Assembly: GCF_006345805.1 (NCBI RefSeq)
Contig: NC_042997.1
Span: 22,320,001 to 22,384,000, forward strand
Direction: 5' to 3'
Length of the DNA: 64,000 bases
From: Octopus sinensis
Taxonomy: Eukaryota
Under the pieces are notes generated by a model that did not search any database, had not been told where the DNA came from, and worked only from the letters and a program-made list of their open reading frames with translations. Position 1 is the stretch's first letter. Every line of letters begins with the position of its first letter. Below, piece after piece: positions 1 to 14,114 of this stretch. Made by a program: the position numbers and the translations under genes.

Positions 1-153
1 GTGGTATTGGGCAGAATATTTGCTGTAGCCCATCTTTTATACCAAGACAAAACAATGTACATGATAACACTTCCAATCAGTTAAGATTAGAAGCCATGAG
101 AGCCACTGTCTGGTACTCCATCAGGGCATTTATCATTATTATTATTATTATTA

Positions 154-195
<42 letters not shown>

Positions 196-2849
196 TATTA
201 TTATTATTATTATCATTGGTGTTGTTATTACCAATAAAAAATAAATACAACCATCTACTCAGAGTAAAATAATTGACCCTTCCATTCCTGTCCCTCCCAA
301 ATGCTGTCCATATAACTGATTCTTCCATTCCACTTCAGTGTCTATCTTTGTGTTTGTTTAGAAATCAATACTTTTGGTATGCAATATTAATGTTGCAAAA
401 AGCTCATCAATTAATCAAAATTCTACAGTATTACCCTCTGGCAGCATATGAACTACATTATTGTAGCTTCAATAATATTTAATATTCTTCTTCTAGAATT
501 GTGTTAGCGTTAAATAGTCTCTTATATAAGGAAACAAATGCTTTACACATGCGCACATACATACAAATACACTTAGATTGAGGTACTTCTCATTAAAGAC
601 ATATATTCATTACATTTATCTGAGCACAGACATACACAAAGCATTTACATATGTGCATACAAGCTTCCATTCACACACAAACATACAAGTTATTGGAGAT
701 AGTCATTCATAAGCAGTATGATGCTAGGTGCCTATATGTGGGACACTTGGTATGCTCCCTCAAATTGGATCCTACCATCTTAAAGCAGGTAAAGCAAATT
801 AGATAAAACATGTAATAATAAATCTCTGAACGAGGTATAAACAGTAGCTGCACGACAATGTGAGGTATATTTGCCACTTAAATGTGGCTAACCACTAAGG
901 GTCGATGCTACTATAGCTTGTAGCCTCAGGAGAACATCTCCAGCTGGCTATTGACACACTTTCTGTGCCCTATAGGTACAAAGTCTAAATTTAGTGGAGA
1001 AGAGTAAATCAATTACTGCAATCCCAGTGCTTGCCTGGATAAATTACTTAGCAGCATTTTTTCCAGCATGCTAACAAACAATTTTGCCAACTTGTTGCTT
1101 TGCATAATAATAACAATAATAATAATTATTAATAATAATAATAATAATATAATAATTAATAATAATCCTTTCTACTAAAGGCACAAGGCCTGTAATTTGG
1201 AGGAAGGAACAGTCAATTTCATCAACCCCAGTGCATAACTGGTACTTATTTCATCGACCCTGAAAGGATGAAAGGCAAAGTCAACCTCGGTGAAATTTGA
1301 ACTCAGAGTGTAAGGGTGGACGAAATGCTGCTAAGTATTTTGTCTAGCAGTCTTAACAATTTTGCCAGCTCAATACCTTAAAATAATAATGATGATGATC
1401 TCTTTAATTTACCACCATGGTGAAGGATGAGAGCAATACAAAAATAGGCATCAAGTTTACAAATAATGAAGTGAGAGAATATATATATATATATATATCA
1501 AAAGTGAGCTTGAATCTTGCTTGCCTGCTTGCAATGTTACCCAGCCAAGCTGGTGCATAATTGGAAAAATACTATGAATTAAGTTTCCCCTGAAATGTGA
1601 ATACAAATGGAATAAAACAAGTTTTGCATAAATCAGACCACTGGTTATTGAGATATTAAGGGTTTTCAGGGTATAAATAACCAAAACAGTGCATAATGGG
1701 AAAATTATCCAAAAATAACTTAACCCTGAAAAGGAAGAAACTCTTACCTTTTGATTAGGCACAGTGACTTGACAACAAGAAAATACAATTTGTTTTTTAC
1801 AGTAAATGTTTCTATTTTCACTTTTGTTAAATGCAATATTTTAATCATTTAGAAATATTTCTAAGTGAATGTGATTTCAAAAATGTAAGTTGTTTGTACA
1901 GTATTTATATTTTAGCTTTCTTTAAACAGACAATATTTTAGTGTTTTTTTAAATTATTTTCAAGTGAATACCAATTACAAAAATTTTTTTGGCATATCTA
2001 AAAAATATTTTAAAGTGAAAATGACTTTAAAAAATATGATAAATATTTTGTAGAAAATCTGTTCATAACCTCACTGTGAAATAATTTTTTTCCATAGGTT
2101 TTTTTAAGTGCATTCAATATATCTCACCTCCAAAGATTTGGTTGCTATTTCTAGCACGCCCTGCTACCACATAACAGCTATTTGTAATGAAGAACCCAAA
2201 ATACTTGTTACGAGGTAGCAGGGCATGCAAGAAATAACAGCCAAATATTTTCCTTTTCTGTGGAAAAGAACAGTTTACACGTAATTTCAATGTCACATTA
2301 GTTGAAAGCATGTAAAATAACCTGGAAAAGGAAAAAAACCTATGAAACAAAATTCTGTTGCTACGAAACTCAGACTTTCCTGGTGACCCAATGGGTCACA
2401 GGTAGTCTAGTAAATATATATAAATGTACAGAAAGTACACACAGTATACAATAAGACATGGAAGGAGAGTATATACAGTATACAATAGTAAAACTAAAAT
2501 TAATTGTTTCTAATTTTGGCCTAAGAACAGCAATTTTGAGGGCGAAGCCAAGTAGATTGACCCTATTACTTGATTGGTACTTTATTTCATTTCCCACAAA
2601 AGGGTGAAAACCAGAGTTGATTTGGGCAGGATTTGAACTCAGACTATAATGAGCCAGATGAAATGCTTCTAAGCATTTTGTGAGTTGGATATGTCAATTG
2701 CAAACTTCACTACTTGACTGGTACTTTATTTTATCAATCCCAAAAAGACAAAAGGCAAGTTGACTTCCGTGGCATTTGAACACAGAACACAAAGAAATGC
2801 CACAAGCCTTTTGCCCAGCATGCTAACGATTCTGCCAGCTCACTGCTTT

Positions 2850-3215
2850 CATGAGGATAATACCCGTCCCGTCTAACACCCGTGGACATATTTACAAAGT
2901 CAGAAAACAGCACAGCTCCCATGACTTTAGGAAACACTTTTTCATGCTGAGAATTGCTGAAGCATGGAACAAACTGCCGGCATCAGTTGTTAGTTGTCGG
3001 AGCACTGCATCCTTCAAAACTTCCATGCTTTCTGAGATTCGCCAACACTACACCTGATTTTCTCCCCTCCATACACACACAAGCATGTATCTGACTCATA
3101 CACTGTTCACTTTCCAAACATTTGTACATTACTGCATATACTTTATATGCACTTTTGACAAGTTGTGGTTCACCTGAGCACTGTATACAATAATTTCATT
3201 ATTATTATTATAATA
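2850..3215 (+). mobile_element. CR1-clade LINE 3' end (5'-truncated) with (ATT)n tail
   Basis: Translates TRGHIYKVRKQHSSHDFRKHFFMLRIAEAWNKLP (CR1-type TRGH...WNxLP), followed by a 3' UTR; a near-identical inverted copy lies at about 23612-23937. Confidence 0.8.
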
Positions 3216-3333
3216 ATAATGATAAACCAACTGAAACAGAAGTAAAAGCTACCACAGACAATAAAATATGATGCAATTTTTTTTTGAAAAAGTGTTCTAA
3301 GCATGTTTCTAAACATAGTGATTTCTCTTGCAG

Positions 3334-3432
3334 GTATCATGGCTGGTTCAAATCGTTCCGGAGATTTAGCTGATGCACAAAAATCAATCCCAACAGGAAC
3401 TGTGGCTGCTATTATGACCACATCATTAGTCT
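3334..3432 (+). CDS. kcc: KCC (SLC12A4-7-like) coding exon 1 in window, TM6-TM7
   Basis: Acceptor ttgcag| then (G)[32 protein letters not shown](Y), a cation-chloride cotransporter signature; ends at donor GTATCCTT; phase 1-1, 99 nt. Confidence 0.97.
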
Positions 3433-3462
3433 GTATCCTTTTTTTAAAATTAATGGATTTTG

Positions 3463-3499
<37 letters not shown>

Positions 3500-4199
3500 T
3501 ACTTGCCAGCCCCACTTGTAATAGTACCATGTAAGAAGCACCTGTGCTGGTGCAGTGTAAAATGAATCTGTACTGGTTCCAGATAAAAAAAAAACATCCA
3601 TGCCAGTGCCATAAAAAATGTACCCATACCTGTACCACATAAAAAGCACCTGTATAAAAAGCATCCAGTACACTCTGTAAAGTTGTTGGTATTAGGAGGG
3701 GCATTCAACCACAGAAACCATGCAAAAACAGACAATTGGAGCCTGATGCAGTTCTCTGGCTTGCCAGCTCCTGTCAAACCATCCACCCATACCAGTATGG
3801 AAAACAGGTGTTAAATGATGATGATGATGATTTACTAGTATCTTATGTAAAGGCAGTTCTTTAGCTGAAATGTTATAACATCAGCATATAGGTGTTTGAT
3901 CCTGTTTCTTCTAAATTCACATAAGAATCAACTTTCATCTCTGAAACATATGAACTGGGTACTTTGGCTGAGTATAGCTAAGAAGTTCTCATCCAAACCA
4001 TGTGGATTCAGGTTCGATCCCACAGCACAGGACTGGAGACAAGGATATATTCCTAGAGCTCCAGACCAACTAAATCCTTGAGATGGGATGTTCTTTGGAT
4101 GGGAACTAAAATAAGCCCATCATATGCACGTGTTTACATTTTCACTTTACCAAATGTCACAAACTAAAGGCAGTGATAATGTCATTTCCCTGTCAATGT

Positions 4200-4373
4200 A
4201 GGAGTGGCTGTGTGGTAAGTAGCTTGCTTACCAACCACATGGCTCTGGGTTCAGTCCCACTGCGTGGCACCTTGGGCAAGTGTCTTCTACTTTAGCCTCA
4301 GGTCGACCAAAGCCTTGTAAGTGAATTTGGTAGACAGAAACTGAAAGAAGCCCATCGTATATATGTGTATGTA

Positions 4374-4412
<39 letters not shown>

Positions 4413-4617
4413 TTGTTTTATTTGTGTTTGTCCCCCCCCCAACATCACTTGACAACCGATGCTGGTGTGTTTACGTCCCCATAACTTAGCGGTTCAGCAA
4501 AAGAGACCGATAGAATAAGTACTAGGCTTACAAAAAATAAGTTTTGGGGTTGATTTGCTCAACTAAAGGCGGTGCTCCAGCATGGCCACAGTCAAATGAC
4601 TGAAACAAGTAAAAGAA
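4200..4617 (+). mobile_element. tRNA-headed SINE family B (representative)
   Basis: Head GGAGTGGCTGTGTGGTAAG...GGTTCAGTCCC, central (TG)n; other copies at about 16160-16500(-), 40075-40225(-), 46605-46790(-), 56712-56870(+), 60705-61040(+), 61255-62300(-, split) and 63510-63835(-). Confidence 0.85.
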
Positions 4618-5639
4618 TACTTTTCCACCTTTGAAGGCACATAATATAAAAGATCACTTATTGAAAAACATCTAAAGATTAGCAATAGGAAGTGTGTCTA
4701 GCAGTAAAACAATGTCTCACCAATACATTCATCTAACCCATGCTAGCATAGAAAAACAAACTTTATTGCAGCTGATTGAGTTAATTATATTTGATTCTGT
4801 GTAAAAATTTCCCTTGTCAATGTAAAATTTAATAATCTGCATAAAAATCACAAGGTTTAATAGAATGTTAATTAAAACATTTAGAGTAATACTTTCAGAA
4901 GTGTGAAGGCTTTGTAAAAATGAATTTGCCATAACATCCAATCAACTTTTTTTTATAGTTCCTCTGAGAAATTTATTTGAACTAACAGTTCATTATTATA
5001 AATGGCTCATTATATGAGATTTTAACAGCTTTTCCAGAGAAATTTTACAGTAACAATTTCAGAAGGAAGAAGAAATAAAAATATGTTTACTGCTTTACTG
5101 TGAATGAGATATACGTTCAGATAATTTCCAAAATAAATACTTATGTTGAAACCCAGAGCTGAATTTTTGCCAAGCATTTTATAGGCAACATTTTACTTTC
5201 ATTTAGAAAATAAAATGTTCAGTTCAACAAAAAAGTAATAAACAAAAATTTGCCTGCTGTGAAAACAAACCACTGTCAACTCTCTTAACTGCTTAGGTTT
5301 CATCAACCACATAATCTTCCAAATTAAAGTCATGTTTATATGTACTGCTCCTAGCTGGCTTCTTGTCTGGCCAAAATTTTATTCAATATTTCACTTCTTT
5401 TTCTTTTTTTTTTTTTGTTTCCTGGATTAAGTAGTTGTACTGTAACCATGTTGGGCCATAGCCTTTATGAGTCTTAGTTGGTTATATTAACCAAAGTACT
5501 GTTACTTTACTGAGTCCAGATGAAAAAGGACATGAAAGTAAGCTGCGCATAAAATGGCTCTAACCAATATGGGTTGAAATGCCAAAAAGTATTTTCATAC
5601 AATGCAAAGATTTTCTATCCTACACTGACATACAACTGA

Positions 5640-7785
5640 GTTGTGAAGTAGAGGATTGACTTCTTCACAGCTTCATATCAAATTCTGCTCAGACCTTCAA
5701 GCCATGGTGGAGTTGCTATGTATATCTGTGAAGATGTCACACCTCTTGTATTATTGTCACATTCAAACTCAGTTTGCAACACCTTAATAATACATATCAA
5801 GCAAGCTGCACAATATATTGTCTACCAAATACCACAAAATATGATGGAAAATTTGAGGATAGCCTCAAACACATTGAAGAGGTATTAACAAACCTAGATC
5901 AGAACATCAACATACTCTTCTTGGGTGATTTCAACCTCCCACATGTCAAATGGCCAGAAGACCACATCCTCTCTGGGATGTCACTGCATGAACAAAAGCA
6001 TGTAGCGTCATTATTTGAACTTACTAATAAGCTGTTCATGGAACAAGTGATACTCAGGCCAATCAAGAGGAAAACATATTGGACATATGCTTCACAAATA
6101 ATGTGGACCTTTTCCATGTGAAGATGACACCAATGACACTCTCAGACAACAAAATTGTTGAACTAACTATGTATGGTCCTGTACATATTGTTGGTATTTA
6201 CTCTATCAGGAGGACTAGAGCTTTATCCAATCTGAATTTCCATAAGGCAAAATGGGAATCAATCCACAGAGATTTACAAACGAAACTGGTCCAACATTCT
6301 GTGAATGCAAGACATTGATCTGAAACTCAGCCAGTTTATGTCAACAGTGCAAGCTATATGCACTAAATATATCCCAGAAAGAAAGGCCAGCACACTGTCA
6401 AACCAGATTCCCAGGGACAGAAAATCCTCATGAGATGCAAATCAAAGACCTCAAAGCGGCTGAATAGACAACTGAAAGATAGAGAGAAGTCTCTTAACAT
6501 GGACCCTCCTAGGAACTGAAAGCAAGATCAAACTCTCTCATGAAAGGAAAAAAACAAAGAGCAAATGGCTGTGGAAAGCATAAAAACAAATCCCAAAGTT
6601 TTCTATAAATTCGCAAAGGAAACAGCTACAATACAATATAAAATAGAACTTTTGTTCCAAGGGAATGGCTCACTGATGGCAGACCCACGAAGGATAATTG
6701 AGATAATTAGTGAACAATTTAAAAGTGTCTTCATTTCCCCACTTGGACACATGCAGATAAAAAAATACAGCTGAATTCTTTGATATTGCAGCTCTAAAAA
6801 AAGGAGACACCAGCCATCAATTACATCAACATTGAGGAAACAGATGTAACAGTGTCTATAGATGAAATGAGCTCATGCTCTGCTACTGATCCTGATGGCT
6901 TCCCAGCTATTCTCCTAAAGTCATGTAAGCAGGCTTTAGCAAAACCACTTCAGATACTTTTCCGAAGTTTCCTTGCATGTGGTATACTTCCTAAAAAGCT
7001 GAAAAAAGGTATTATATGTCCTATCCACAAAGGTGGAAGCATAGCAGAGGCCAAAAACTACTGGCCAATCTCTCTGACTTTGCATATCAGTAAAGTCACG
7101 GAGTGAATCATCAGAAGTTGGTAATGTTCCTAGAAGAAAATGACCTACTGAATAATACTCAGCATTATTGCCAATTATTATTCTTTTATCCAGGAAGAAG
7201 CTGACTCACACAGCTCCTACAATACTGTGACTAGGTTTTGAAACAGCTACTTGACCATTCAGATGTCACTGTGATATACATTGACTTTGCAAAGGTATTT
7301 GATGAAGTAGATCATGGCATGATAAGTCATAAGCTATGAGACTTTGGCATCGCTGGTAAACTAGGAGAGTGACTGCATGACTTCCTGAAAAACAGAAGTC
7401 AGGTAGTTGCAGCCAATGGTGCCTTTCTGAGGAAACTCAAATCCTAAGTGGTGTCCCCCAGGGAACTGTTCTAGGGCCATTACAGTTCATAACAGCCCTC
7501 TTAGATATGCCCACAGTCACTCAGACAGCCACTGTCGCTAGTTATGCCAATGATACAAAATTATCATAGGCAATAAAAAACCAAGAGGATGTCACAAGTT
7601 TACAGTGGAACTTAAACTCAATATACAAGTGGACTGAAATAAAAAATATGCAGTTTAATGCTGGAAAATTACAAGCACTGCTCTATCAACTCACAAATAC
7701 AGTACAATCTACATTTACAGGACCCAAAAGCACTACAATCCCAGAGTCACAGGCAGTGAAAGACTTGGGGATCAATATATGCATA
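5640..7785 (+). mobile_element. Degraded CR1/L2-group LINE ORF2 (APE endonuclease + RT)
   Basis: Motifs across frameshifts: HGGVAMY, FLGDFNLPHVKW, PDGFPAILLKSC, PIHKGGS..KNYWPISLT, YIDFAKVFDEVDH, SGVPQGTVLGP, YANDTKL; many stops. Confidence 0.85.
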
Positions 7786-7965
7786 AGCTTCCCCTCGCTG
7801 GGTTGACATCCACTGATTAGTTTTGGGCTAGTTGCCCCTTATCAATGTGGAGTAGCCAAACCCAGCAGGCGTTGCTGCTGACTGTCTGTTTGAAGGATTA
7901 TTTACCTAAATTCAGTGGAATACATCCACTGGTTTTCAAAATTAGAAATATTAACATTTCTATAT

Positions 7966-8006
<41 letters not shown>

Positions 8007-8388
8007 CTTTAAGCTGATGTCCCAGCATGGCTGCAGTCCAATGAATGAAACAAGCAAAAGATAAATAGTAATAATAATTTTTAAACATTAAACGTACGTC
8101 CGTAGGTAACTTAATACAGAATGATTTCCGTCATTTCTTTCTCTTTTGCCTGCGTCGTTTGTTTTTTAAGTGCTTTGGTTTTACTGGGATCGCCCTTTTA
8201 AGTAGAAAGAATAGCCAAAACTTTTTGACTGCTATTTCTAAATTCGGAATGTGGTGAGGCAAATCGTTGCTGAACCCTTAATTAATTAGTATTACTTAAA
8301 CCTTCCTTGAATGGGTCTTTTACATGCCGAACTCTACTTGGTGAAATTAATGATTATTTCTAAATTAATTAATTTCACCCTATATTAT

Positions 8389-8440
<52 letters not shown>

Positions 8441-10894
8441 TTTTCGCTCAGAGATTTAAATTTAAAATTATTTGTTTTTCTTCTTACAAGATCAGTGACT
8501 CAGTGTCGCTTTAAAAGTATATACTATGAGCAGGAGCAAGTGGCTGCTATCTCTAGCCAGCAGCTGTCCTATACCGATGGAAGGGAATTACCCAGAACCA
8601 TTGGTCTACAGGTATTGCTATGGCTAGAAAGGAAGCAGTAGGCTCCCTTGCTCATAGCATACAGACATAGATCATGTGTCGGTAGCCAGCTGGAAAAGAT
8701 GTTTTTCGGGGGCTAAAAAGTAGTAACATCATCCCACGTAGGACTGCCACTTCACATTGGCAAATCTCTCTCTATATATAGATAGATATAGATATATATA
8801 CATACATACATATATATATTGTATGAGTTTTTCTTTCTTCCATCATTTGGCAATCAATGTTGGTTTGTTTTTATTGCACTAACTTAGTAGTTCAGTGAAG
8901 AGAAACAGACCAATAGAATAATTTCCAGACTTTAAAAATAAGAAATGGAGTTGATTTATTTGACTAAACTCTTAAGCTGATGTCCCAGTATGGCTGCAGT
9001 CCAATGAATGAAACAAGCAAAAGATAAATAGTAATAATAATTTTTAAACATTAAAATTTACAAAGTAGGTAGTAAGCACTCCAGAACTGAATCTTTCTAC
9101 ATCATGCAAAACATTTTAAAAGGAATGTAGGGTAGGGGAAACCCCTCCTATTATTCAGACTATAAATATGCTATAAATAATATTCATTGTAATCTGTTAT
9201 ATAAAGCAACAGTTTGTTCAATTTGAGATCATTTCAAAATAGTCTGACTAATTTTTAGATGAATTATCATATAATATTGCATAGAAAATGTTGGCTAATA
9301 ATTCATCTCTGTGTTTCATAATACATAAGAATTCATTTTCGAAATTTATTTTGCATACATCACATTCACAGTAAACTATAAATCATGTATTCTGAAGTTG
9401 TTGCAGTAAAAGTTTTGGAAAAGCTGTTAAATAGGATAATTATCGTAAGTTACAGATGTGGCTGAGTGGTTAACAAGTTTGTTTTGCAGCCATGTGGTTT
9501 CAGTTTCAGTCCCACTGTGCTGCAGATCAAAGATGATCAAAGCCTCATGAGTCAATTTGGTAGAGGAAAACTGAAATAAAAGCCTTTTCCATGCTTGCAT
9601 GGGTCAGACAATTTGTTGAGGCAGATTTTCTTTGGGTAGATGCCCTTCTTGGCATCCAAGCAAGGTAATATTTCTTCATGGCCAGACAAATTTTTCACAG
9701 AAGACTGGAAACAAACAACATTGTTTGTATGGAGGTGACACTCATTTGCAAACCATTTTTCATAACCTTTCCACTACATATATATATATATTTATATATA
9801 TACATCGGCAAGTAACAAATGCCATTTGAAGGTGGCCATTGCCAGTACTGCTTGACTGGCCCTTGTGCCAGTGGCACGTAAAAGCACCCACTACACTCTC
9901 AGAGTGGTTGGCGTTGGGAAGAGCATCCAGCTGTAGATTCTCTGCCAGATCAGATTGGAGCCTGATGCAGCCTTCTGGTTTGCCAGTCCTCAGTCAAATC
10001 GTCCAACTCATGCTAGCATGGAAAGTGGATGTTAAACGATGCTGATGATGATGATCATCATCATTATCATCATCATCATTTAACATCCATTGTCCATACT
10101 GGCATGGGTTGGATGGTGTGACCAAAGCTGGCAAGCTGATTGGGCTGCACCAGACTCCTGTCTGATCTGATATAATTTCTACAGCTAGAAGACCTTCCTA
10201 ACACTTTCCACTTTATAGAGTGTACTGGATGCTTTTACATAGCTCTTCATGGTGCTTTTACATGATGCTGCACAGGTGCTTTTACGTGTTACCATGTGGG
10301 TGCATTTACATGTCACCACAAGGGTGCTTTTATGTTTCACCACATGTATATGTATAGTGCAAAGATTATGCAAGATGTAATACAGAAACAAGGTAAAAAT
10401 AGAGAGAGTTGGTATTAGTTTAATGCTCGGGAAATGGAGAAAAAATTTAAGAAATATCTTTAATGTTTCACCCTTGTCTTGAAATCACATCATGGTTATA
10501 AATGTGCATCATCATCATAATCATACAAGCAATGTTGTTTGTTTCTAATCTTCTGTGAAAAATACAAGAACAAATTACCTTGCTTGGGGAAACAGGTGAG
10601 TGTTGGGGACAGAAAAGCATTTGACCTTGGAAAGATTTGCCTTGACAAATTCCATCGGATCTCTGAAAACATGGAAAAGTGAATGCTTAGATAATGGCTG
10701 GATGACTTATAAAATCATTTTACAGATTGAAATTTGTGAAATATGGATGCCTTTTTCTTTTTGGTTTTTAGTTATTTGACTTGATATCAAGAAGAGCATC
10801 CAGCTACAAAAAATTCTCACGCAATAATGTTTCATCTAACCCAGCCAACCAGAGGAAAGAGAAAGTAGATGTTAAAGCAGTGCTATGCATACAT

Positions 10895-10908
10895 ATATTA
10901 TGTGTGTG

Positions 10909-10940
<32 letters not shown>

Positions 10941-10967
10941 GAAAGATAAATATAGATAGATATAATA

Positions 10968-11051
<84 letters not shown>

Positions 11052-11465
11052 AATATAAAGAGAGAGAGAGAGAGCTTGTTTTATTCCAACTTTTCTATGC
11101 TTTTATGCCCAACCTCTCAACTGTTAAGTTAAAGTACAATCTGCTTTTTATGTGAACTACAATCTGCTCAACTTTCATAAAAGCAGAATTATGTGCTTTG
11201 CTCAGGTGCACATGATGGCAATTAGGTCATGTTTGTGTGTGTATATATACGTATATGTGTGTATTCATATGTACATATGTGTGTGTATATATATATATAC
11301 ATCCATATGTATATATATCTATATGCATGTATGTATATATGTATATACATATGTATATATATGTGTGTGTGCATATATATGTATATATATATATATGTAT
11401 GTACATGTATTTCTATATATATACATGTATATATATATATTTGTATATACATGTATATATATCTA

Positions 11466-11508
<43 letters not shown>

Positions 11509-11520
11509 TATATACACATA
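10895..11520. repeat. Compound (TA)n/(TG)n/(AG)n microsatellite field
   Basis: Visible dinucleotide arrays; source of the Y/I/C/V-rich artefact ORFs. Similar arrays at about 7970-8000, 8395-8435, 13980-14110, 15425-15575, 20395-20450, 20690-20865, 28455-28585 and 39605-39655. Confidence 0.95.
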
Positions 11521-11521
11521 C

Positions 11522-13572
11522 ACTAGCTTAAGGTGACCTGCTCTACACGCGGGTAAGAGTGTGGTTGTTACTTTCTGTTGCTTCCTTCCAGCACATAAAA
11601 AGCACCATCCGAACGTGGCCGATTGCTGCGCTGCCCTGACTGGCTTCTGTTCCAGTGGCACGTAAAAAGCACCAACCAATTGTGGCCGCTGCCAGCCCCC
11701 CTGGCACCTGTGCCGGCGGCACGAAAAAAGCAGCCACTACACTCACAGAGTGGTTGGCATTAGGAAGGGCATCCACCTGTAGAAACACTGCCAGATCAGA
11801 CTGGAACCTGGTGCAGCCTCCTGGCTTCCCAGACCCCGGTCAAACTGTCCAACCCGTGCTAGCACGGAAAACGGACGTTAAACGATGATGATGATGATTC
11901 TCCCTCTTTGTTTCTCTCTCACTTTCCCACTCTCTTACTTTTCTTTTCTCTCGGACTCTCCTTAACTTTCTCTTACTCTCTATCTTTATCTATCTCTCTC
12001 CCATTTATAAACAACAAAAGATCTTGAGTAAGTTGAGAAATAAAATATTTTGAAAGATCAATCATAAATATCAGGCAGTGACAACAGAAAGGTCTGCTTC
12101 AAGGCAGAGAGCAAAACACTAACATTTAAAAGGGACAGATGAACTTGCGAGCTGAATAAGAATAATAAAATATTGGAAACCAAAGTTTGAAGGGATAGAA
12201 TCTGAGGATAGTAGAGTCACCATGGCTGGCATTTCTTAACGACGGACAGCAACGTATTGACAGTTTAACGGCTGGTGTAAAATTTTGAACTTGATGTAAA
12301 AGAAAATTCCTAAACACCAAGTTTTGAAGTGATTCTTTCTCACGACAGTAGACTCACCATGGCAAGCATTCAAAACTTCTTCATCATGGACGGCAACACA
12401 TTGACGATTAAAAGGCTGGCGCAAATTTTTTAGCTTGATGTAACAGAGAATTCCTAAACACCCGCTCCTTTAAATTTTAATCCCCTTCCAGCCCTATTTA
12501 GACCCCTTTTCACATTTTGGTTAATATAACCCGATTTCATTCGGGTCTACTGGGGCCACATTTTATAAGATGAGGAATTTTGTCCTAGAGGTCATACCTT
12601 TCATTTGAGGAAAAAAATAGTTGTCATGCAAACTTGCCAGCACTTTTAACATAGGTGTGCATATTTTCAGCTCAACCGACCACATAATGCACACATTACA
12701 TATATAAATATATATATATATATATATCTATGTATATATATGTGTGTGTGTGTGTGTGCATGCATTATATATACAAATGTATACAAATTATATATATATA
12801 TGTATAAATTAAATTAGAGATAAAACCACTAATAGGCAAATCAAACAGTGAAAAACATAAACCAAAACATAAAAATAAAAATATAATATATAAAATATAA
12901 AATTGAAAAATTTAAATTATTTAAATTTAAAATTAAAATTATTAATTTATACTTATAATTTTTGTTTAAATATACATAACTATCAAAACGTATTAAAAAG
13001 TTTAATATACATAAATACAGATATATACACTTTGTATATATACATTATATATACATATTTATATATAGAACACACACACACACACGCACATATATAAATT
13101 AACCCAATAAATATCTGATTCATAATATTTGTTCTCATAATTGTGTGGTGGTTGTGGCGATTATAATTCTCTCTATGAATGCAGACAGACGTAGAGAGAG
13201 AGAGAGAGTGTGAAAGCACTGTCGAAGTTGGGGAGAGGGGAGATATAGAATGCCGTGACACAACGTTATAAAGAGAAAGTGAAGGTAAGGGAGTTAGACG
13301 CCGTGAAATGACGTTATATATAGAAAGTGATGGGAAGGGAGGAAAGAGAGTGAGTGACGGAGGAAGACAGATACCTAAAAGAATGAGAGTAGACGTGTCA
13401 AAGTGAGTTTTTGGCCCTAGCAACGACACCTTTTAAGATGGAGATTTCCTTTTACATGTCCCTGTAAATTTTGGAGTTGGTCCGACTGGATCTAGTGGCC
13501 TTTAACCCATTCTCAATGCCAAAACCAGACAAACAAACAAACTTCGCATTTCAGATTTATAATATAGAGATA
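11522..13572 (+). mobile_element. Helentron-associated (HINE/DINE-1-like) element with nested repeat
   Basis: Starts ACTAGC...GACCTGCTCTACACGCGGG, ends CAGACAAACAAAC...TTTATAATATAGAGAT within (TA)n; two diverged tandem units of about 140 bp at 12180-12460. Confidence 0.5.
11590..11898 (+). mobile_element. Repeat family C (RTE 3' UTR-derived; representative)
   Basis: GGCACGTAAAAAGCACC subrepeats, TTAGGAAGGGCATCCA core, (GAT)n tail; about 18 copies on both strands, e.g. 3560-3830, 9830-10060, 19945-20305, 24790-25120, 31410-31800, 37660-38000, 53363-53620(-). Confidence 0.85.
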
Positions 13573-14036
13573 TACAGTGTTTCTATATATATATACATGT
13601 ATATATATGTATATACATATATGTAGATCAGCCATCTTTCTTTTCCTAACTTGAATATCTTTCTTTCCTTGTGATCAACTGCAGGGATCAGATGCATTCT
13701 TGTCTGTCTCTTGTCAATGCCTGTCCCACCATTGGTCAACACCTCACTTTGTTTAGGCTTGGCAGCCTTTCCTGTTTGTTTTCACTATCCTGTTTTTGTT
13801 ACCAACTTTGGTCCTCCGCAAAATCCCAGAGTAGAAAAACAGCCGACAACTGATGAAGGATCGTTCTTTATGTTGCTTGTCTTGTTTTAAATCTCTTTCT
13901 TTCATTGTTCACAAAAAATGTTCGTGTTCCATGTTTTCATATTTTGTATTTCATGTTGTTTACATTCTGTGATGTACTGTGCCCATATATTCACATGTAT
14001 ATACATATATATGTAAGTATGTACATATATGTATGG

Positions 14037-14069
<33 letters not shown>

Positions 14070-14070
14070 C

Positions 14071-14113
<43 letters not shown>

Positions 14114-14114
14114 T

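Noticed and set aside
1-135. Segmental duplication with 59945-60080
   Set aside because: Both are copies of an interspersed ATT-flanked repeat, with substitutions and no shared unique flank.
2374-2401. ...GTCACAG|gtagt as the upstream TM6 exon
   Set aside because: Translates FLVTQWVTG rather than FFPSVTG; the true upstream exon appears to lie outside the window.
8491-8640. Possible cryptic exon (cttacaag|...CTACAG|gtattg, one frame open for about 50 codons)
   Set aside because: No similarity to KCC, weak donor, and it lies within a U12 intron whose ends do not normally pair with U2 sites.
11152-11536. Overlapping 76-116 aa ORFs rich in Y/I/C/V/M
   Set aside because: Translation of (TA)n/(TG)n microsatellites; the same applies at 10781, 13905-14305, 15327, 28392-28641 and to the poly-I/L/N ORFs.
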